From Laetmonice hystrix (Eukaryota): a stretch of DNA of 64,000 bases. Numbering within the stretch: the stretch's first letter is position 1; every line of letters starts with the position of its first letter. Below, one piece after another: positions 55,470 to 64,000 of the stretch. Location of the stretch: assembly GCA_965235115.1 (NCBI GenBank), contig OZ249436.1, positions 13,640,001-13,704,000 on the forward strand, in the 5' to 3' direction. The notes below the pieces were generated by a model that was not told where the DNA came from, ran no database searches, and saw only the letters and a program-made list of their open reading frames with translations. A program made the translations under genes and the position numbers.

Positions 55470-57130
55470 ACTCCAAAGAAGGAGGAGATGTTGGAGGAAC
55501 GTCCGTTATTCCGCCCTTTTTCTATTTCTTTGCGGTGGCTTTACAACTTGCCGCCAACTCAAACTATGATATGACGATTTGTGATACGCAGCTGTTGCTG
55601 TTCGTTCAAGTTGTATTGACGTATTGTTTAATGATGAGTTCTCGCAGTCCGCGAGGCTCAGTGACGTCGTGAGCGGCGCGCGCAGTGTTCACAGTGGCTT
55701 CAGCGGCCAAACGCTCGATACTGGCCGAGCGTTATCGGTGAGGAGAGATAGATGGCACGCCCTGTTAGAGCTCTAGACCGGCTGAGTGAACAGGGTGCAG
55801 TCTCGACCAGGAGGGATGTTCATTAACCTATATGAACCACACTACGCCAGAACACCGGTAGAGTGTTCTAAGGAAAGCACTTATTCAAAGCCAACCCCGA
55901 GTGGCTGTAGAGAGTCAGTAAGCTTACACCTGATTCAGGCCTATACTATGCTAACACCAGCTAAAACTTCACGAAAACCAATGTTCTAGGATTGACTGTC
56001 TTTCGGTTGATCTGGGGGATATAAAAAGTCAATTCTTCAGTGACTGTACACTCAGACTTCGGGGAAACTCTGTACATGATTGGATACGTTAACAAAACGA
56101 GCAAGGTATATTAGGAAACTACATTGAAACTTAAAAAGAAGAGGAAGGTATTATCGACAATCCACATGTGAAACGTTAACATGAAGAGCACCACGTTAAT
56201 ATGAAGAGCAAGGTATATTATTGGAAGCCTATAAAATTATAAGCCAAAACGGTATAGAAATGTTGGCATATCCAGTGTGTGCTGAGTTTAATATGGAGAT
56301 TTTTCATCCACTAACTCCACGCAGGGGGAAATAATTTACTCCTCCTCGTAGGGGGTCATCGTAAATTTCCCAAACCTTACAGACATAGGCTAATCCTATT
56401 ACCTTTAGACCGACGTATACCTCCTCTAGACACTTCGGGATCATGACTACTTTCAATCAGCGCACCTTCTATCAGCTTTGTGGCCAGTATTATTAGGTGG
56501 TTCCATGAACATGTATTATGAGGTTTATATAGGACCAGCGTTTGGGTGCCTCTCCACCGGCAACAAACCACTTTTCTTTTCGAGGGTTTTTATATCGGAG
56601 AGCGATTACTTATGTTTGTGCCATACCCTGCCAGGTCTCGGCCACACAGTCCAGGTGATAGTTTGCAGTATTGTTGCATTGAAAACGATGACATAACTTA
56701 TTAAGTGGGATTTTAACGATCTATGGCTCGTTAAAACTTCGCTCTTTTTCAATCACACCACATCGAAATAAGAAATCGTTAAGGGAAACCGTAGGAAAGT
56801 GCATTTGAAATCTGTAATGGTGCCTTCGGGCGCGTTGGAAGCTGCCAGAAGGATGCTTGTTCACGTGAAACCCGACTCTGCACCGATTCCGCTGACGGGT
56901 CCCTTAGATGTACAACTCCATTCTCTAAACGCCGACTTGGGAACAGGAGGGCACTCCCCCCAGATATTTCTAAAGCCATCCCAAAGGTCAAAGCACGCGG
57001 TAGAGATAGATTCTGAAAAAGGTCAAATATTCAACATGCTGCTCCACTTAAAAATAGCTTCCGGTTAGCCTGATGAATACTCACAGTGGCATAGAGCCCT
57101 TCCATCTCCCCTAAAAATATCACTCAATTA

Positions 57131-57478
57131 GCCAGTGCCAGGATTAACTTAACAGTGAAACGTGCCGTAAAAATCATGTGTAGCCCATTCTTGGAAAACA
57201 TGGATTCCGTCTCATCTCGGAAGATGTGTGTAGGGGGTAGGGTCCATTATCTTGATCGACCACCAAAGATTTCTTTTCTTATGGAAGTGGAGGTGGCCGA
57301 GTTGGCATGGGCGTTGATACCTTATGCTGTGCGAATGGGTGCAGTAATCTTGGGGCAGGGGTTCGATACCAGAAGGGTGCAGTAATCTTGGGGCAGGGGT
57401 TCCATACCAGAAGGGTGCTGTTCAATTTGGTCTTTCCAGACATTCTGAAAGTGAAGTGGGTTACGCCTGATGCCCGTG
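57131..57478 (+). mobile_element. Second, diverged copy of the tRNA-box-containing dispersed repeat, with an internal duplication of the B-box segment (about 35 bp)
   Basis: Alignment by eye to 41346-41654. A-box-like TGGCCGAGTTGG and B box GGTTCGATACC are present. Confidence 0.65.
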
Positions 57479-58071
57479 TAAAGTGGGCAGAGGGCGACCT
57501 TCTATCTTCCCTAAAAAAGTCTAGACCTTAACGAAATGTAAGGAGATTGGCAGCTTTGTTCCCCTATTCCTCACCCCAGAGGGGTTGTATCCCAATGTCT
57601 ATAAAGTCGGGTTTCTTTCATTAGGACGTTAAAGATAAATGGTTGAAGACCGAACGGGTCATGCACTAAACATCCTTCAGTTCTGCTGAGGACGAATGAC
57701 ATAAATCCTACGTTGCCGCGTTCGGTAACTGCTGGTCGATCATATTGACTGCGCCATGAAGAGCAGAACATTATGTTAGGCGGTGGATTTATACGTCAGC
57801 CATGAACTAGATGCATGTAGACAGAATTCTTACCATCGTGGAAACAGAAGTTAACCTTCGCACGGGGTCCGTGATCAGAGATAGTGGCACGCAAATCAGC
57901 CGTCAATTTATGATCGGGTACTTTCCGGTCGCCGTCACGACGTCAAATCAGCGCCGGGCAAAATCTTCTCATCTGGCAAATACCGAGACTAATCTTTATC
58001 GGTAATCATCCTTAAATGGTTGTTTATTGAACCACGTGTAACGGACCAGAGAAGAGTTAGCTATAGGGATT

Positions 58072-58356
58072 GGTAGGTCTCATTCTTAACGTCATCTGCT
58101 ATTATAGGGTTATAGTATACCCAGATATCATGTGAGGGAACACACCTCGACTATAGGAGACCAATCGGTAGGTCTTATTCTTAACGTCATCTGCTATTAT
58201 AGGGTTATAGTATACCCAGATATCATGTGAGGGAACACACCTCGACTATAGGAGACCAATCGGTAGGTCTTATTCTTAACGTCATCTGCTATTATAGGGT
58301 TATAGTATACCCAGATATCATGTGAGGGACCACACCTCGACTATAGGAGACCAATC
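58072..58356. repeat. Tandem repeat with 95-nt unit, 3 copies
   Basis: ggtaggtct.attcttaacgtcatctg... recurs at 58072, 58167 and 58262. Confidence 0.93.
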
Positions 58357-58435
58357 TCCGTGAAGTTGTTTGACCTTCGTACGAGTAATGCTTCTTGAAA
58401 TTAATCATACTTTTTCATGTGGATTTCTGTCGAGT

Positions 58436-58630
58436 TTTCTCTGTGTCAACGGTGTGTGTCATAGAAACATTATTAACACATTCATGCCGTACATGATTTT
58501 CTCTCTGTGAACGGTGTGTGTCATAGAAACATTATTATCACATTTATGCCGTACATGATATTCTCTCTGTGAACGGTGTGTGTCATAGAAACATTATTAT
58601 TAAATTCATGCCGTGCATGATTTTCTCTTC
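58436..58630. repeat. Tandem repeat with 62-nt unit, 3 copies, running into the exon 2 acceptor
   Basis: aacggtgtgtgtcatagaaacattatt recurs at 58448, 58510 and 58572. Confidence 0.9.
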
Positions 58631-58632
58631 AG

Positions 58633-58778
58633 AAACTCACCAAGGGCCGCACGAAAAGCGCCTGCTGGCGGATATATTCAAGGACGGCCGATACAATACA
58701 TTGGAGAGGCCCGTAGCGAATGAGACCGACGCTTTGTCAGTGTATTTTGGACTTGTTCTTCAACAGATCATCGACGTG
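58633..58778 (+). CDS. CHRNA7-like: nAChR alpha7-like subunit exon 2 ((E)THQGPHEKRLLADIFKDGRYNTLERPVANETDALSVYFGLVLQQIIDV)
   Basis: Acceptor ttttctcttcag, donor GACGTG|gtaaag. The translation carries the GPHEKRLL..YN.LERPVAN...FGL.LQQIIDV signature of invertebrate alpha7-group subunits, with the same exon boundaries and phases as in that family. Confidence 0.96.
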
Positions 58779-60119
58779 GTAAAGTTGACCATTAAATTAC
58801 CTTATATTTGCCTTCGTCTCTTTTCGCATGCACCGTAGTTTGCCAAAGACAATCATCGTCATAAAGTAAGGAGGAAGTCTTTATGGCCGTAAGATCTGGA
58901 TGATAATGATTGTTGAGATTGGTCCGATTGATTTCAGTAACAGTAGGTAAAATTTTTATTTTTTGAGAATAATCTAGTAATGCTCATTAGATGATAGGTA
59001 AAGATATCATTTGGTTTTAGAATGTTTCATGTAATGTCTTGGCTGATTCAATCTAAGTAATAATCGTGTAAATTGTACTATGATATGCCAGTGACATAAT
59101 TTGATCGATTTACTTACTGTATGTAGATATTGAACGTGTACAATTTGTGATGTTGATGCCAAAGTTTTGACAAATGTATGTTTTTCTTTGCCCATGTTTG
59201 TGAGAGGGATAGCGAGTGTTCACCCTAACAAGTACTAATCAGCTATACCTTTGCCGTACGGTTTCTCAACCCCAACAACGTCCTTACAATGCTTAAACCC
59301 AACTACAGAAATTTAAATTGTTCAAGGTTCTGGTTCAAAATTTGATTTTAAAATGCAGGATGAGTTGTAATCGAACCGAGCTCATGTCCGCACATTTTGG
59401 GTCCCTACTTTGAATTCGAATAAGCGTAATCTTTCGCAGTAAAGATGCCTTAAGGATAGTGTTTGGCACAGTCTTTTGAATAATTCTTCAATTTTGATGT
59501 GTGTTCAGTTGCTAACATTGTTTGTATGTCTGCCTGCCATTTGAGTAGAATCTAAGAAATTATGTAGATGGTATTGCTTTGCGGTGATTTCCTTGTTGCC
59601 TACCATACAGAGGTTTTAACAATTTAACATCTTAAAAGAAAAGGTCCTTTCACAGCGAACATTGCTTATATGCAGCTTCTTGCTTAGTTATTTGGAAATT
59701 ATCGAACATGTTCTTAGGATGAGACAGTCCATACAACAAACAATGCTGTTCACGACGGCATGCTGTAAGAAGTAAAAACGGCTTAGACCACGGAGAATTA
59801 ATGAGATTATGATGACGTTGAGTGTATGGTTGTGACTCGGCCGAGTTTGAGTGGTGGTTCAGCTCTCTAATACACCATACGCACACACATTTGTCCCTGC
59901 TATTTAAATGCAAATCCTATAACGAAGTTCATTTTTATTTGGATTCTTGACGGAATTGTTGATTGTCAAGATAGTAATGAAGTTGGATTTGAGACTTTAG
60001 GAACATGCTTTTGACCAATATCTCGTTAGTCGTGAAGTTTTTAGCTCTTGGATTTGACAAGTGACGTTTACTGTGTTATTTTCTGCCACGAACTAATATT
60101 TGTTTTCTATTTTTCCCAG

Positions 60120-60164
60120 GATGAAAAGAACCAAATATTAACATCTAATATATGGTTGAATATG
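60120..60164 (+). CDS. CHRNA7-like: nAChR alpha7-like exon 3a (DEKNQILTSNIWLNM)
   Basis: 45-nt phase 0-0 exon with acceptor ttttctatttttcccag and donor gtaagt. It matches the conserved 15-aa exon 3 (DEKNQ.L.TN.WL..) that contains the loop D tryptophan. Confidence 0.95.
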
Positions 60165-60267
60165 GTAAGTTAACAAGGCTTGTTTCACGTGGCAGGTCAC
60201 GTGATGCGTAACACTCACGTGATTTGTTGCGTTTTATAATAACATATTCTTTCTTTCTTCCCCACAG

Positions 60268-60312
60268 GATGAAAAGAATCAAATCATAAACACAAATATC
60301 TGGTTAAATTTG
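60268..60312 (+). CDS. CHRNA7-like: nAChR alpha7-like exon 3b (DEKNQIINTNIWLNL), tandem duplicate and putative mutually exclusive alternative
   Basis: Second 45-nt phase 0-0 exon 103 nt downstream of 3a, with intact acceptor ttctttctttcttccccacag and donor gtaagt. It differs from 3a at 4 amino acids and many synonymous positions. Confidence 0.93.
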
Positions 60313-60588
60313 GTAAGTCAGAAACCTTAATGAGAAGGAAATGAGGATAAAACAAGTTGACGAGTGAACTAACTCTTTAAAAAAACAATGAAATCGAAAT
60401 AACAGGAACCAGCCAGCAAAAAATATGTTAGCCGCATAAACTTAACGACGAATCTACCTAGTCCCCGAATGATACCGTGGCCTTTTATCCAATCTAAACA
60501 CAGTTTAGAGTCATTAGAGGCTTAAACAGCACCAGTTCTAATACATAAAATGATAAAAGGTGACAAAAGCAAAATAATTAGCGTAATA

Positions 60589-60606
60589 ATAGCGCCCTCT
60601 TGCCAA
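60589..60606 (-). promoter_or_regulatory. CTCF-like motif (TGGCAAGAGGGCGCTA on the minus strand), about 280 nt downstream of exon 3b
   Basis: Close match to the CTCF consensus. Motif match only. Confidence 0.4.
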
Positions 60607-62359
60607 AAATGGTCTGTGACCTAGCGTTAAATAACAAAACTGTAACTATAAACTTTCAACTTATTTTATCCTCGATTGATTTAAATAAATGTGTATCAAC
60701 TTATTTTATCCTCTGTGTACCTTTATTTCGATAGAGAAAGGGACCCCTGTCCCATACAGCTTTCCTCGGTCTCAGGGTGGTGTACACGTCCTCTTTGTAA
60801 TGTATTTAAGTATGCATTTTTCAATGATTTAAGCGGGCGACGTAAGGCATATATTATGAAGGACAGGGTGTTTGACTTCTGAAGGTGCCTGATGTGATCA
60901 ATGTCATCTTTTCAGCCTGTGATTCCCTGGTCCCTGGTTATGTTCGACTCTAATAACCCAAGAGTAGATTTCAGCGTAACAGTTATTAGAACTATAATTT
61001 GCTGTCGACCATATTTTAAACGAAACATCTTGAGAGACGGTCCAGAATGTGTTTATATTCAAACACGTTCAGGGTATGCCATTATTTCCGCATTTCAACG
61101 AAATTGCGAAAATCTCTGTAACAGGGACATCCATTTAGTGGTGTTAACTTCTTATGACCACAACATCCCTCAAGCACCTTTGATTCCATGTCTCAGTATG
61201 GTCTTTCAGCTATATCTTCCTTCTGCTTCATATTAGAATATAAGTGGCAGCAGTATTTAATGGCCGACACGGTAACTATAGTTACATAGGTTGAGGAAAG
61301 AGGCCGACTATAGGATAAGACGCCTAACGCCTCGTGTGGAGGATGCCGCTGCACGTATTTGAGGTGTTTAGGATTTAAGAGGGCTTTACCTTGTGCACTA
61401 CCACCCTGGGTAGAGCGGACTATGGAAAGCCTAAAAGATGCATGCCAAACCTTGACTGCATACCCCCAATAAATATGCCATGCATGGAATAATCCCTATC
61501 CCCGTTTAAATGAAAGTAACCCTTTATCGTATACTGCATATTTTTTTCAAATCACGTCTAGTATGAACAAAATAATCAGGACCACAATATATAGCATGAC
61601 CTGTGAGATGAAGTATACTGTGCATATTGCCTTTGTCGGTATTTATGGTTTCTTGTTGAAGGTAAACCTCAGTAAATCACTTTTATTCGTTGGTCAGTAC
61701 CCAAATAGGCGGCACATTATTGTTTGCCTTTAGTATCTCACGTCAGTTTGTATATTATTTTCGGGCAAGGTAATACTTCTTTCTGTGTTATCTATGTTTG
61801 ACCCCGGAAGGAGTTGATAATACAATTGATCCGGTGATTAAGATAACAACCGTTTTGGGCATAAAATATGTAATATAGGATGATATAGAAGAAAGGCAAT
61901 AATGAACCCACTGAGTGATGTTACAGAAATTAAAACGTCATAACCATGAGATTCGTGGCCGCCTAAAGACAAATGGCTGCCGCCCGTCTTTTTTGCTTTT
62001 CTTCATGTTGTGGCGTGCCGTAAACCATTTCAATTAACTTAATTTTTTCATAATGGGAATTGCATTTTCTCTTATTAATATATGTCTTTTTACTGGTGTT
62101 TGTATCATCGGGTTCTATATGTTGCATATAAGTATCCAATTACCTTTGTAATCATTTAAACAATTCCTTACCAAAACCATTTTTCAAAGAAATCCTTTTC
62201 ATTCCTGATTCATGTTGATTTTAATTTTTATTAAACATCAGAGATGCCTCTATATCGCTTATCTACATGCAACTGGGTAAAAATTAAAGGGATGTAAATA
62301 ATATATCCATAAACAAACTCAAAGTAGGCGACCCACGTCTCAGTTATATTTGCCATGTT

Positions 62360-62523
62360 TATGAATATGTCAGCGTATTTCGCCTGGCAGTGGCCGCCAA
62401 TATGAATATGTCAGCGTATTTCGCCTGGCAGTGGCCGCCAATATGAATATGTCAGCGTATTTCGCCTGGCAGTGGCCGCCAATATCAATATGTCAGCATA
62501 TTTCGATTGGCAGTGGCTGCAAT
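62360..62523. repeat. Tandem repeat with 41-nt unit, 4 copies
   Basis: Unit tatgaatatgtcagcgtatttcgcctggcagtggccgccaa. Confidence 0.93.
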
Positions 62524-64000
62524 TATGAGAAAAGAGCAATCTAGATTTCGGATCCTGACAAAGTTACGGCATAGTAATGACTACAAGAAAAAGAAGAAGT
62601 TACTTTCAAGTCTATAGGGCCACTGTCAGGGGAAACACTTATACCGACGTATTTACAATCGTACTGGCTACGATTGAGACGTTCTTTGTATTTTGGGTGG
62701 GTTGATGGATGTAATATTTACGTCCCTTTAAGTAACTGTGAAGCCTTCCTAACACGTTCGATCCTTAGTTATCATTGTCAACATCTTTTTTTAGCATTCA
62801 AATGCCAAGCGCCACAGGAATTTTAATCAGCTTTTAATTCAAATGCCATGTTAACCCTTGCAGCAGGTTTTCCTATGACGAGGCATAGAAGGGGAAAGTG
62901 TTCATATTCCCAACCAATTTAAATAAATACTGGTGTCAGTTAATGTACTTTATTAAAAGTATAGGCTCGCAAGGATATTATTTACGTTTATTAATGAGGA
63001 ATTAGTCTCAAAGTGAGAGTCGCCAGCTGCAAGGGTGAAAACAACGTTAGGTTCTTTTTTTGTCATCCACAGAAGTTTTTCGGGGAATCGTAAGTACAAA
63101 ACTGCGGTTACAACAAACTCGCATTGCAAACATTGAACTGGCTGGCCGTTCCCTGTAACTAAATCTAACCATCCATGGGTATTCTTTTACCCACAGGCGG
63201 TAATTAAGCAAAATCTCAAATCTAAGCAGGAAGGCATAATTTTGATATCAGTTGTCAGATTTCATTAGAATTGTGGTTTCATGCCAAGTTTATGTGTTTT
63301 CTTTTTTAATCCTGAAACCCAATATCAATCACGCGACAATGTCTTAATAAGAATGGTACCATATATTTCGCATACTGTGCCATTATGAATTTGTTACAGG
63401 TTAACTTACGTTACCATCTTTTTGTTTGTATGTTTTTCCATGTGAAACGACCTATATATGTTTATCTGTTCCACACGTTCCACCATATTGTATTTGTCGG
63501 TGTGTAATATGTCTACAATATAATTCTTACATCACACATGCTGAGGACAGAGAACACGGTATTATTGGCGGCTGCATTTCCCATTAGTACAGAACAGAGA
63601 ATGACCCACTAGCGCCGGAATGATAGAGTGTAGGACATATCAAATACAGAAACGAAAACATTTCCCTCAAAACACTTTGATAAGTTATCCTCAAAGGACC
63701 GGCACTAGTAGAAAAAGTAGGACAGTGGATAATGGAGAAATGGGAAGCCCGCAAATGTAAACAGATTTGGTCCCATCTAACAAGAAGGACCACGATAAAT
63801 TATAAGTAATTATGGTATACATGATTATATAATAGTTTCTGTGGCGCAGAGAATCCATTTTGCCATTTTTGTATGCCTCGGTATATCTCTTTCTGCTCTG
63901 CAGTTCGGTGAGATATTGATTAATGAGTGGGAGAATTTTTGTTCTGAGGTAATTGCTGCTGGTGTAGCCGGTGGTCTAACAAGGTCAGAGTGTGACAGTA

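Noticed and set aside
57571-57771. Minus-strand ORF with faint resemblance to a LINE reverse-transcriptase motif (..PFIFNVLMKE)
   Set aside because: The similarity is too weak, and there is no YADD motif or long RT frame nearby.
58569-58838. ORF-track 89-aa ORF treated as a complete protein
   Set aside because: Only 58633-58778 is exon. The flanks are intronic read-through.
60313-64000. Search for nAChR exon 4 (EW.D..L.W...YGG) or a third exon 3 copy
   Set aside because: Neither was found by eye. The gene presumably continues beyond the window.

Overview
Eukaryotic (invertebrate, probably non-insect protostome) genomic DNA, mostly non-coding. The one gene I can identify with confidence is the 5' part of an alpha7-like nicotinic acetylcholine receptor subunit on the + strand. 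It has a signal-peptide exon 1 (15258-15330), a 43.3-kb intron 1, exon 2 (58633-58778) and two tandem 45-nt copies of exon 3 (60120-60164, 60268-60312) that look like mutually exclusive exons. I found no exon 4 before the window ends. None of these exons appears correctly in the ORF track. Sequences flanking exon 3a can form two overlapping, incompatible RNA structures, a candidate splicing switch. About a quarter of intron 1 is made of more than ten unrelated minisatellite arrays with units of about 20-101 nt. One of these keeps its reading frame through all its length variants. The window also holds small TIR elements (MITEs), two copies of a roughly 330-bp dispersed repeat with internal tRNA-type A/B boxes, and several CTCF-like motifs. 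The long ORFs in the track are almost all by-products of repeats. All calls are by eye, with no database search.
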